Below, piece by piece: positions 39,301 through 54,206 of a stretch of 64,000 nucleotides of DNA. A model generated the notes under the pieces. That model did no database searches. It saw nothing but the letters and a program-made list of their open reading frames with translations, and was not told where the DNA came from. Within the stretch, counting starts at the first letter, position 1; each line of letters starts with the position of its first letter. The DNA comes from Eledone cirrhosa (lineage: Eukaryota), in NCBI GenBank assembly GCA_964016885.1, contig OZ024760.1, positions 32,116,001 through 32,180,000 of the forward strand. The letters run 5' to 3'. The translations under genes and the position numbers were made by a program.

Positions 39301-42300
39301 ACCACTGTAGATATATCCCTACCACTGTAGATACAGTCATACCACTGTAGATACAGTCCTACCACTGTAGATATAGTCCTATCACTGCATTTACAGTCCT
39401 GCCACTGTAGATATATCCCTACCACTGTAGATACAGTCTTACTACTGTAGATACAGCCCTACCACTATAGATACAGCCCTACCACTATAGATACAGTCCT
39501 ACCACTGCATATACAGTCCTAACACTGTAGATACAGTCCTACCACTGTAGATACAGTCCTACCACTGTAGATACAGTCCTACCACTGTAGATATAGTCCT
39601 ACCACTGTAGATACAGTCATACAACTGTAGATACAGTCATACCACTGTATATATAGTCCTACCACTGTAGATATAGTCCTACCACTGTAGATACAGTCCT
39701 ACCACTGTATATATAGTCCTACCACTGTATATATAGTCTTACCACTGTAGATACAGTCCTACCACTGTAGATACGGTCCTACCACTGTAGATATAGTCCT
39801 ACCACTGTAGTTACAGTCCTACCACTGTAGATACAGTCATACCACTGTATATATAGTCCTACCACTGTAGATATAGACCTACCACTGTAGATACAGTCCT
39901 ACCACTGTATATATAGTCCTACCACTGTATATATAGTCTTACCACTGAAGATACAGTCCTACCACTGTAGATACAGTCCTACCACTGTAGATATAGTCCT
40001 ACCACTGTAGATACAGTCATACCACTGTAGATACAGTCCTACCACTGTATATACAGTCCTACCACTGTAGATATATCCCTACCACTGTAGATATATCCCT
40101 ACCACTGAAGATATAGCCCTACCACTGTATATATAGCCCTACTACTGTTGATATAGCCCTTACACTGTAGATCTAGCCCTACTACTGTAGATATAGTCCT
40201 AACACTCTAGATACAATCCTACCACTGTAGATACAGCCCTACCACTGTAGATATAGCCCTACCACTGTAGATATATCCCTACCACTGTAGATATAGTCCT
40301 ACCACTGTAGATACAGTCCTACCACTGTAGATACAGTCCTACCACTGTAGATACAGTCCTACCACTGTAGATATATCCCTACCACTGTAGATATAGCCCT
40401 ACCACTGAAGATATAGCCCTACCACTGTATATATAGCCCTACTACTGTTGCTATAGCCCTACCACTGTAGATCTAGCCCTAACACTCTAGATACAATCCT
40501 ACCACTGTAGATACAGTCATACCAGTGTAGATATAGCCCTACCACTGTAGATACAGTCCTACCACTGTAGATACAGTCCTACCACTGTAGATACAGTCCT
40601 ACCACCGTATATATAGTCCTACCACTGTAGATACAGTCCTACCACTGTAGATACAGTCCTACCACTGTATATACAGTCCTACCACTGTAGATACAGTCCT
40701 ACCACCGTATATATAGTCCTACCACTGTAGATACAGTCCTACCACTGTAGATATAGCCCTACCACTGTACATACACTCCTACCACTGTATATATAGTCCT
40801 ACCACTGTAGATACAGCCCTACCACTGTAGATACAGTCCTACTACTGTATATATAGTCCTACCACTGTAGATACAGTCCTACCACTGTATATACAGTCTT
40901 ACCACGGTAGATACAGTCCTACCACTGTAGATACAGTCCTACCACTGTAGATACAGTCCTACCACTGTAGATACAGTCCTACCACTGTAGATACAGTCCT
41001 ACCACTGTTGATACAGTCCTACCACTGTAGATACAGTCCTACCACTGTAGATACAGTCCTACCACTGTAGATATAGCCCTACCACTGTAGATATAGCCCT
41101 ACCACTGTACATACACTCCTACCACTGTATATATAGTCCTACCACTGTAGATACAGTCCTACCACTGCATATATAGTCCTACCACTGTAGATACAGTCCT
41201 ACTACTGTACATACAGCCCTACCACTGTAGATACAGCCCTACCACTGTAGATACAGTCCTACCACTGTAAATATAGTCCTACCACTGTATATACAGCCCT
41301 ACCACTGTAGATACAGTCCTACCACTGTAAATATAGTCCTACCACTGTAGATACAGTCCTACTACTGTACATACAGCCCTACCACTGTAGATACAGTCCT
41401 ACCACTGTAGATACAGTCCTACCACTGTAGATATAGCCCTACCACTGTAGATACAGTCCTACCACTGTAGATACAGTCCTACCACTGTAGATATAGCCCT
41501 ACCACTGTAGATACAGTCCTACCACTGTAGATACAGTCCTACCACTGTAGATATAGTCCTACAACTGTAGATACAGTTCTACCACTGTAGATACAGTCCT
41601 ACCGCTGTAGATACAGTCCTACCACTGTAGATATAGCCATACCACTGTAGATACAGCCCTACCACTGTAGATATAGCACTACAACTGTATATATAGTCCT
41701 ACTACTGTAGATACATTCTTACCACTGTAGAGATAGAACTACCACTGTAGATACAGCCCTACCACTGTAGATATAGTCCTACCACTGTAGATATAGTCCT
41801 AGCACTGTAGATATAGTCCTACCACTGTAGATATAGTCCTACCACTTTTAGTTACAGACCTACCACTATAGATATAGTCATACCACTGGAGATATCACCC
41901 TACCACTGTAGATATAGTCCTACCACTGTAGATATAGCCCTACCACTGTAGATACAGTCATACCACTGTAGATACAGTTCCACCACTGTAGATACAGTCC
42001 TACCACTGTAGATATAGTCCTACCACTGTAGTTATAGTCCTACCATTGTAGATACAGTCATACCACTGTAGATACAGTCCTACCACTGTATATACAGTCC
42101 TACCACTGTAGATACAGTCCTACCACTGTATATACAGTCCTACCACTGTAGATACAGTCCTACCACTGTAGATACAGTCCTACCACTGTATATACAGTCA
42201 TACCACTGTAGATACAGTCCTACCACTGTATATACAGTCCTACCACTGTAGATACAGTCATACCACTGTAGATACGGTCCTACCACTGTAGATACAGTCC

Positions 42301-45300
42301 TACCACTGTAGATACAGTCCTACCACTGTATATACAGTCCTACCACTGTAGATACAGTCCTACCACTGTAGATACAGTCATACCACTGTAGATACAGTCC
42401 TACCACTGTAGATACAGTCATACCACTGTAGATACAGTCCTACCACTGTAGATACAGTCCTACCACTGTATATACAGTCCTACCACTGTAGATATATCCC
42501 TACCACTGTAGATATATCCCTACCACTGAAGATATAGCCCTACCACTGTATATATATAGCCCTACTACTGTAGATATAGGCCTACCACTGTAGATCTAGC
42601 CCTACTACTGTAGATATAGTCCTACCACTGTAGATACAGTCCTACCACTGTAGATACAGTCCTACCACTGTAGATACAGTCCTACCACTGTAGATATATC
42701 CCTACCACTGTAGATATAGCCCTACCACTGAAGATATAGCCCTACCACTGTATATATAGCCCTACTACTGTTGCTATAGCCCAACCACTGTAGATCTAGT
42801 CCTAACACTCTAGATACAATCCTACCACTGTAGATACAGTCATACCAGTGTAGATACAGTCCTACCACTGTAGATACAGTCCTACCACTGTAGATATAGT
42901 CCTACCACTGTAGATACAGTCCTACCACCGTATATATAGTCCTACCACTGTAGATACAGGCCTACCACTGTAGATACAGTCCTACCACTGTAGATACAGT
43001 CCTACCACTGTAGATATAGCCCTACCACTGTACATACACTCCTACCACTGTATATATAGTCCTACCACTGTAGATACAGTCCTACCACTGTAGATACAGT
43101 CCTACTACTGTATATATAGTCCTACCACTGTAGATACAGTCCTACCACTGTATATACAGTCCTACCACGGTAGATACAGTCCTACCACTGTAGATACAGT
43201 CCTACCACTGTAGATACAGTCCTACCACTGTAGATACAGTCCTACCACTGTAGATACAGTCCTACCACTGTAGATACAGTCCTACCACTGTAGATACAGT
43301 CCTACCACTGTAGATACAGTCCTACCACTGTAGATATAGCCCTACCACTGTAGATATAGCCCTACCACTGTACATACACTCCTACCACTGTATATATAGT
43401 CCTACCACTGTAGATACAGTCCTACCACTGCATATATAGTCCTACCACTGTAGATACAGTCCTACTACTGTACATACAGCCCTACCACTGTAGATACAGC
43501 CCTACCACTGTAGATACAGTCCTACCACTGTAAATATAGTCCTACCACTGTATATACAGCCCTACCACTGTAGATACAGTCCTACCACTGTAAATATAGT
43601 CCTACCCCTGTAGATACAGTCCTACTACTGTACATACAGCCCTACCACTGTAGATACAGTCCTACCACTGTAGATACAGTCCTACCACTGTAGATACAGT
43701 TCTACCACTGTAGATACAGTCCTACCACTGTAGATACAGTCCTACCACTGTAGATATCGCACTACCACTGTAGATATAGCTCTACCACTGTACATACACT
43801 CCTACCACTGTATATATAGTCCTACCACTGTAGATACAGTCCTACCACTGCATATATAGTCCTACCACTGTAGATACAGTCCTACTACTGTACATACAGC
43901 CCTACCACTGTAGATACAGCCCTACCACTGTAGATACAGTCCTACCACTGTAAATATAGTCCTACCACTGTATATACAGCCCTACCACTGTAGATACAGT
44001 CCTACCACTGTAAATATATTCCTACCACTGTTGATACAGTCCTACTACTGTACATACAGCCCTACCACTGTAGATACAGTCCTACCACTGTAGATACAGT
44101 CCTACCACTGTAGATATAGCCCTACCACTGTAGATACAGTCCTACCACTGTAGATACAGTCCTACCACTGTAGATATAGCCCTACCACTGTAGATACAGT
44201 CCTACCACTGTAGATACAGTCCTACCACTGTAGATATAGTCCTACAACTGTAGATACAGTTCTACCACTGTAGATACAGTCCTACCGCTGTAGATACAGT
44301 CCTACCACTGTAGATATAGCCCTACCACTGTAGATACAGCCCTACCACTGTAGATATAGCACTACAACTGTATATATAGTCCTACTACTGTAGATACATT
44401 ATTACCACTGTAGAGATAGAACTACCACTGTAGATACAGCCCTACCACTGTAGATACAGCCCTACCACTGTAGATATAGTCCTACCACTGTAGATATAGT
44501 CCTACCACTGTAGATACAGCCCTACCACTGTAGATATAGTCCTACCACTGTAGATACAGTCATACCACTGTAGATACAGTCCTACCACTGTAGATACAGT
44601 CCTACCACTGTATATACAGTCCTACCACTGTAGATATATCCCTAACACTGTAGATATATCCCTACCACTGAAGATATAGCCCTACCACTGTATATATATA
44701 GCCCTACTACTGTAGATATAGGCCTACCACTGTAGATCTAGCCCTACTACTGTAGATATAGTCCTAACACTCTAGATACAATCCTACCACTGTAGATACA
44801 GCCCTACCACTGTAGATACAGTCCTACCACTGTAAATATAGTCCTACCACTGTATATACAGTCCTACCACTGTAGATACAGTCCTACCACTGTGGATACA
44901 GTCCTACCACTGTAGATATAGTCCTACCACTGTAGATACAGTCCTACCACTGTAGATACAGTCCTACCACTGTAGAGATAGAACTACCACTGTAGAGATA
45001 GAACTACCACTGTAGATACAGCCCTACCACTGTAGGTATATTACTACCACTATAGATACAGTCCTACCACTGTAGATACAGTTCTACCACTGTAGATACA
45101 GTCCTACCACTGTATATACAGTCCTACCACTGTGGATATAGCCCTACCACTGTAGATATAGCACTACAACTGTATATATAGCCCTACTACTGTAGATACA
45201 GCCCTACCACTGTAGATATAGCACTACAACTGTAGATACAGTCCTATCACTTTAGAGATAGAACTACCACTGTAGATACAGCCCTACCACTGTAGATACA

Positions 45301-48300
45301 GTCCTACCACTGTAGACATAGCCCTACCACTGTAGATACAGTCATAACACTCTAGATACAGTAATACCACTGTAGATACAGCCCTACCACTGTAGATACA
45401 TTCTTACCACTGTAGAGATAGAACTACCACTGTAGATACAGCCCTACCACTGTAGATATAGTCCTACCACTGTAGATATAGCCCTACCACTGTAGATACA
45501 GTCATAACACTCTAGATACAGTAATACCACTGTAGATACAGCCCTACCACTGTAGATACAGTCCTACCACTGTAGATATAGTCCTATCACTGTATATACA
45601 GTCCTACCACTGTAGATACAGTCCTACCACTGTAGATATATCCCTACCACTGTAGATACAGTCATACCACTGTAGATACAGTCCTACCACTGTAGATACA
45701 GCCCTACCACTGTAGATACAGTCCTACCACTGTAGATATAGTCCTACCACTGTATATACAGTCCTACCACTGTAGATACAGCCCTACCACTGTAGATATA
45801 TCCCTACCACTGTAGATACAGTCATACCACTGTAGATACAGTCCTACCACTGTAGATACAGTCCTACCACTGTAGATACAGTCCTACCACTGTAGATACA
45901 GTCCTACCACTGTAGATACAGTCCTACCACTGTAGATATAGCCCTACCACTGTAGATATAGCCCTACCACTGTACATACACTCCTACCACTGTATATATA
46001 GTCCTACCACTGTAGATACAGTCCTACCACTGCATATATAGTCCTACCACTGTAGATACAGTCCTACTACTGTACATACAGCCCTACCACTGTAGATACA
46101 GCCCTACCACTGTAGATACAACCCTACCACTGTAAATATAGTCCTACCACTGTATATACAGCCCTACCACTGTAGATACAGTCATACCACTGTAAATATA
46201 GTCCTACCACTGTCGATACAGTCCTACTACTGTACATACAGCCCTACCACTGTAGATACAGTCCTACCACTGTAGATACAGTCCTACCACTGTAGATATA
46301 GCCCTACCACTGTAGATACAGTCCTACCACTGTAGATACAGTCCTACCACTGTAGATATAGCCCTACCACTGTAGATACAGTCCTACCACTGTAGATACA
46401 GTCCTACCACTGTAGATATAGTCCTACAACTGTAGATACAGTTCTACCACTGTAGATACAGTCCTACCGCTGTAGATACAGTCCTACCACTGTAGATATA
46501 GCCCTACCACTGTAGATACAGCCCTACCACTGTAGATATAGCACTACAACTGTATATTTAGTCCTACTACTGTAGATACATTCTTACCACTGTAGAGATA
46601 GAACTACCACTGTAGATACAGCCCTACCACTGTAGATATAGTCCTACCACTGTAGATATAGTCCTACCACTGTAGATATAGCCCTACCACAGTAGATACA
46701 GTCATACCACTGTAGATATACTCCTACCACTGTAGATATAATCCTACCACTGTATATACAGTCCTACCACTGTAGATACAGTCCTACTACTGTAGATATA
46801 GCCCTACCACTGTAGATACAGTTCCACCACTGTAGATACAGTCCTACCACTGTAGATATAGTCCTACCACTGTAGATATAGTCCTACCACTGTAGATACA
46901 GTCCTACCACTGTAGATATAGCCCTACCACTGTAGATACAGTCCTACCACTGTAGATACAGTCCTACCACTGTAGATATAGTCCTACAACTGTAGATACA
47001 GTTCTACCACTGTAGATACAGTCCTACCGCTGTAGATACAGTCCTACCACTGTAGATATAGCCCTACCACTGTAGATACAGCCCTACCACTGTAGATATA
47101 GCACTACAACTGTATATATAGTCCTACTACTGTAGATACATTATTACCACTGTAGAGATAGAACTACCACTGTAGATACAGCCCTACCACTGTAGATACA
47201 GCCCTACCACTGTAGATATAGTCCTACCACTGTAGATATAGTCCTACCACTGTAGATACAGCCCTACCACTGTAGATATAGTCCTACCACTGTAGATACA
47301 GTCATACCACTGTAGATACAGTCCTACCACTGTAGATACAGTCCTACCACTGTATATACAGTCCTACCACTGTAGATATATCCCTAACACTGTAGATATA
47401 TCCCTACCACTGAAGATATAGCCCTACCACTGTATATATATAGCCCTACTACTGTAGATATAGGCCTACCACTGTAGATCTAGCCCTACTACTGTAGATA
47501 TAGTCCTAACACTCTAGATACAATCCTACCACTGTAGATACAGCCCTACCACTGTAGATACAGTCCTACCACTGTAAATATAGTCCTACCACTGTATATA
47601 CAGTCCTACCACTGTAGATACAGTCCTACCACTGTGGATACAGTCCTACCACTGTAGATATAGTCCTACCACTGTAGATACAGTCCTACCACTGTAGATA
47701 CAGTCCTACCACTGTAGAGATAGAACTACCACTGTAGAGATAGAACTACCACTGTAGATACAGCCCTACCACTGTAGGTATATTACTACCACTATAGATA
47801 CAGTCCTACCACTGTAGATACAGTTCTACCACTGTAGATACAGTCCTACCACTGTATATACAGTCCTACCACTGTGGATATAGCCCTACCACTGTAGATA
47901 TAGCACTACAACTGTATATATAGCCCTACTACTGTAGATACAGCCCTACCACTGTAGATATAGCACTACAACTGTAGATACAGTCCTATCACTTTAGAGA
48001 TAGAACTACCACTGTAGATACAGCCCTACCACTGTAGATACAGTCCTACCACTGTAGACATAGCCCTACCACTGTAGATACAGTCATAACACTCTAGATA
48101 CAGTAATACCACTGTAGATACAGCCCTACCACTGTAGATACATTCTTACCACTGTAGAGATAGAACTACCACTGTAGATACAGCCCTACCACTGTAGATA
48201 TAGTCCTACCACTGTAGATATAGCCCTACCACTGTAGATACAGTCATAACACTCTAGATACAGTAATACCACTGTAGATACAGCCCTACCACTGTAGATA

Positions 48301-51300
48301 CAGTCCTACCACTGTAGATATAGTCCTATCACTGTATATACAGTCCTACCACTGTAGATACAGTCCTACCACTGTAGATATATCCCTACCACTGTAGATA
48401 CAGTCATACCACTGTAGATACAGTCCTACCACTGTAGATACAGCCCTACCACTGTAGATACAGTCCTACCACTGTAGATATAGTCCTACCACTGTATATA
48501 CAGTCCTACCACTGTAGATACAGCCCTACCACTGTAGATATATCCCTACCACTGTAGATACAGTCATACCACTGTAGATACAGTCCTACCACTGTAGATA
48601 CAGTCCTACCACTGTAGATACAGTCCTACCACTGTAGATACAGTCCTACCACTGTAGATACAGTCCTACCACTGTAGATATAGCCCTACCACTGTAGATA
48701 TAGCCCTACCACTGTACATACACTCCTACCACTGTATATATAGTCCTACCACTGTAGATACAGTCCTACCACTGCATATATAGTCCTACCACTGTAGATA
48801 CAGTCCTACTACTGTACATACAGCCCTACCACTGTAGATACAGCCCTACCACTGTAGATACAACCCTACCACTGTAAATATAGTCCTACCACTGTATATA
48901 CAGCCCTACCACTGTAGATACAGTCATACCACTGTAAATATAGTCCTACCACTGTCGATACAGTCCTACTACTGTACATACAGCCCTACCACTGTAGATA
49001 CAGTCCTACCACTGTAGATACAGTCCTACCACTGTAGATATAGCCCTACCACTGTAGATACAGTCCTACCACTGTAGATACAGTCCTACCACTGTAGATA
49101 TAGCCCTACCACTGTAGATACAGTCCTACCACTGTAGATACAGTCCTACCACTGTAGATATAGTCCTACAACTGTAGATACAGTTCTACCACTGTAGATA
49201 CAGTCCTACCGCTGTAGATACAGTCCTACCACTGTAGATATAGCCCTACCACTGTAGATACAGCCCTACCACTGTAGATATAGCACTACAACTGTATATT
49301 TAGTCCTACTACTGTAGATACATTCTTACCACTGTAGAGATAGAACTACCACTGTAGATACAGCCCTACCACTGTAGATATAGTCCTACCACTGTAGATA
49401 TAGTCCTACCACTGTAGATATAGCCCTACCACAGTAGATACAGTCATACCACTGTAGATATACTCCTACCACTGTAGATATAATCCTACCACTGTATATA
49501 CAGTCCTACCACTGTAGATACAGTCCTACTACTGTAGATATAGCCCTACCACTGTAGATACAGTTCCACCACTGTAGATACAGTCCTACCACTGTAGATA
49601 TAGTCCTACCACAGTAGATATAGTCCTACAACAGTAGATACAGTCTTACCACTGTAGATATAGTCCTACCACTGTAGATATAGCCCTACCACTGTAGATA
49701 CAGTTCCACCACTCTAGATACAGACCTACCACTGTAGATACAGTCCTACCACTGTAGATATAGCCCTACCACTGTAAATATAGTCCTACCACTGTAGATA
49801 CAGTCTTACTACTGTAGATACAGTCATACCACTGTAGTTATAGCCCTACCACTGTAGATATAGCCCTACCACTGTAGATACAGTCCTACCACTGTAGATA
49901 TAGCACTACCACTGTAGATACAGTCCTACCACTGTAGATATAGTCCTACCAATGTACATACAGTCCTACCACTGTAGATACAGCCCTACCACTGCAGATA
50001 TAGTCCTACCACTGTAGATATAGCCCTGCCACTGTAGATATAGCCCTACCACTGTCGATACAGTCCTACCACTGTAGATATAGTCCTACCACTGTAGATA
50101 CATCCCTACCACTGTAGATATAGCCCTACCACTGTAGATATAGCCCTACCACTGTCGATACAGTCCTACCACTGTAGATACAGTCCTACCACTGTAAATA
50201 TAGTCCTACCACTGTAGATATAGTCCTACCACTGTAGATACAGTCCTACCACTGTAAATATAGTCTTACCACTGTATATATAGTCCTACCACTGTAGATA
50301 CAGTCCTACCACTGTACATACAGCCCTACCACTGTAGATACAGTCCTACCACCGTAGATACAGTCCTACCACTGTAGATACAGTCATACCACTGTAGATA
50401 TAGTTCTACCACTGTAGATATAGTCCTACCACTCTAGTTATAGCCCTACCACTGTAGATATAGTCCTACCACTGTAGATACAGTCATACCACTGTAGATA
50501 TAGCCCTACCACTGTAGATACAGTCCTACCACAGTAGATATAGCTCTACCACTTTTGATATAGCCCTACCACTTTTGATATAGCCCTACCACTGTAGATA
50601 CAGTCCTACCACTGTAGATACAGTCATACCACTGTAGATACAGTCATACCACTACAGTTACAGACCTACGACTGTAGATATAGTCATACCACTGGAGATA
50701 TAGTCCTACCACTGTAGATATAGCCCTACCACTGTAGATACAGTCATACCACTGTAGATACAGTCATACCACTGTAGATATAGTCCTACCACTGTAGATA
50801 CAGTCTTACCACTGTAGATATAACCCTACTACTGTAGATATAGCCCTACCACTGTAGATATAGCCCTACCACTGTAGATACAGACCTACCACTGTAGATA
50901 TAGTCCTACCACTGTAGATATAATCCTACCACTGTAGATAGAGTCATACCACTGTAGATATAGTCGTACCACTGTAGATATAGTCTTACCACTGTAGATA
51001 TAGCCCTACCACTGTAGATATAGCTCTACCACTGTAGATACAGTCCTACCATTGTAGATATAGTCCTACCATTGTAGGTATAGCCTTACCAGTGTAGATA
51101 CAGTCCTACCACTGTAGATATAGTCCTACCATTGTAGGTATAGCCTTACCAGTGTAGATACAGTCCTACCACTGTAGATATAGTCCTACCACTGTCAATA
51201 TACTCCCACCACTGTTGATATAGACCTACCACTGTAGATACAGTCCTACCACCGTAGATATAGCCCTACCACTGTAGATACAGTCCTACCACTGTAGATA

Positions 51301-52034
51301 CAGTCCTACCACTGTAGATACAGTCCTACCACTGTAGATATAATCCTACCACTGTAGATAGAGTCATACCACTGTAGATATAGTCGTACCACTGTAGATA
51401 TAGTCCTACCACTGTAGATACAGTCATACCACTGTAGATACAGTCCTACCACTGTAGATATAGCTCTACCACTGTAGATACAGTCCTACCATTGTAGATA
51501 CAACCCTACCACTGTAGATATAGTCCTACCATTGTAGGTATAGCCTTACCACTGTAGATACAGTCCTACCACTGTAGATATAGTCCTACCACTGTCAATA
51601 TACTCCCACCACTGTTGATATAGACCTACCACTGTAGATACAGTCCTACCACCGTAAATATAGCCCTACCACTGTAGATACAGTCCTACCACTGTAGATA
51701 CAGTCCTACCACTGTAGATACAGTCCTACCACTGTAGATACACCCCTACCACTGTAGATATAGTCCTACCACTGTAGATAAACTCCTACCACTGTTGATA
51801 CAGTCCTACCACTGTATATATAGTCCTACCACTGTAGATACAGCCCTTCCACTGTAGATATAGTCCTACCACTGTAGATAAACTCCTACCACTGTTGATA
51901 CAGTCCTACCACTGTAGATACAGTCCTACCACTGTAGATATAGTCCTACCACTGTAGATAAACTCCTACCACTGTAGATATAGCCCTACCACTGTAGATA
52001 TAGCCCTGTCACTGTAGATACAGTCCCACCACTC
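12306..52034. repeat. 20-bp satellite array, ~39.7 kb, ~1,990 monomers, consensus (T/C)CCTACCACTGTAGATA(C/T)AG
   Basis: Continuous head-to-tail 20-mers with rare 18/19/21/22-bp variants; no insertion or inversion seen; TAG on both strands closes all six frames. Confidence 0.99.
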
Positions 52035-52480
52035 TTATTTATCATATCTATATGAATTAATATAAATTTATCCCTATAAATATACCTATCAATTAAATTA
52101 ATTTAATTTCCTTTTATAGATCTATATTCCTTATGTTTTAAATAAGATTGATATTTTTCACTAACACATTTATAGTAAAATTTTATTCTCCTTAGATTTT
52201 AACATTAGCATTATTCTTCAATAACATCAAATTTTCGTGTACCTTTCACCGGCTTGACCTATTTTCATCCCCAAAGTAATCTTTTCATTCAAATACTTTT
52301 TCCATTCAAAACTGAAGTCTGCATTCCTCTACCCCTAAATTAAATTTCTACTACTACTATTCTATCAACTTGACCACTTACTACTTTTCTATTGGTCAAT
52401 TCAAAACCTGTTCCCAAACAGACCTATTATATTAAATCTTTGTTGTTTTGTTTCAATAAACAAATATCATTATTTCTGAA

Positions 52481-52654
52481 TGGCAGTATCGGTAGAGGAT
52501 CGGACGCCATGCTTTCCAGCATAGTTACGTCCCTTTACGATCTGAGTTCAAATCTCGCCGAGGTTGACTTTGCCTTTCATCCTTACGGGGTCGATAAAAT
52601 AAAGTACCAGTAATGCACTGGGTAATTGCTGGCCTTGTGCCTAAAGTAGAAACA
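52481..52654 (+). mobile_element. tRNA-derived SINE (resembles an abundant octopus-type family)
   Basis: A-box-like TGGCAGTATCGG; B box GAGTTCAAATC; body GCCTTTCATCCTTACGGGGTCGATAAAATAAAGTACCAG; 12-bp TSD ATTATTTCTGAA (52469-52480, 52655-52666); second copy at 57111-57300. Confidence 0.9.
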
Positions 52655-52972
52655 ATTATTTCTGAAAACAGCATATATATGTGTAGGTATGTATATTCCC
52701 TCTGATAGTTTGTAAAACTTTTACATAGATCTATATGATATACATACCAACACACACATATATATCCTAGAAACGATCGTAAAATGATGAATTTTTTAAT
52801 ATAAGGAACTGTTTCTTTGTTTTTATTCATTGTTTTTATTAATTTATTTTGACTCTGTTTTCCTGTGTTTTTCATCGAAAAAATTTTGAATACATCTTCT
52901 CTTTTCATGATATTTGGATTACATTGAGTTCTTCATACCGATTGGACACTACCGTATATTTTGGTAGATTTA

Positions 52973-53014
<42 letters not shown>

Positions 53015-53699
53015 GGAGTAGTTATATTTTTTAATTAAATATATATATATACATATATATATATATAGAGAGAGAGAGATATACACTCACACGTGGAGAA
53101 AACTTCCTAACAGCAACTTTCTTCTACCTCGCGAGTCGCCCATTTTTTTAAATATTTGTTCTCATTTTTCTCTTTATATTTTTTCCAATACTCAGTCTCG
53201 TCCAAATGTGGACCAACTGTGGAACCGTCAACGTTTAATTCCGTCAGTAAATTCTTCAATTGTCTTCTTAGTGGGGTCGTCCACATCAAATATCACCCTC
53301 AATTGGTTCTGTTGAATTACAGAAGGGGTTCACCTGCAGCCATCCTCGTCTTCATGGCTCCCGTTTACCAATACAGAATTGTTGGGAAACAATATCCGTT
53401 CGTTAACGGTCCACTGACCAAAATACTTGGTTGTTATTGGCAACAGTTCCGCTCTTTTGGGTTCCAGTTTTAAACCAATTACAATAAAATCTCGCGAATT
53501 TTTGCTATTTTATTCCACCATTAATTTGACAACCTAAAATAAAGAAGAACAAACGGTGAGAGAAGCAGACCCATTAAATCAATAGATCGATATTTGCTCT
53601 TCAAAACGGAATGTTATAGGGAAGGGGTTAAACGAAAGCTTATTCAAAAACAAACCTCACAAAAAAATAGAAAAAAACAATTATTTTTGCATCAACTGA

Positions 53700-53746
<47 letters not shown>

Positions 53747-53911
53747 TATATATACACACACACACATATATATATATATATACACACACATATATATATA
53801 TATACACACACACACACATATATATATACACACACACACATATATATATATACACACACACACATATATATATACACACACACATATATATACACACACA
53901 CACACATATAT

Positions 53912-53954
<43 letters not shown>

Positions 53955-53965
53955 CACACATATAT
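53700..53965. repeat. (CA)n/(TA)n compound microsatellite
   Basis: Direct reading. Confidence 0.92.
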
Positions 53966-54123
53966 ATATTTATAGAGAGATAGAGGCGTGTGTGATATTA
54001 GAGCCTGTTCTCATAGAGTGACCTCCCCTGAAAATCAGTATTATATATTTATAGAACTCGGGATTCTAAACATACACTCACACATATACATATATATGTA
54101 CACACACAGATATATATATATGT

Positions 54124-54206
<83 letters not shown>

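Noticed and set aside
11835-52034. CRISPR-like array
   Set aside because: Head-to-tail monomers with no unique spacers, no cas genes, eukaryotic context.
53100-53480. Coding-looking island (60-aa and 105-aa ORFs)
   Set aside because: No recognisable motif, frames broken, no clear splice signals; possibly a decayed TE, and only a translated search could decide.
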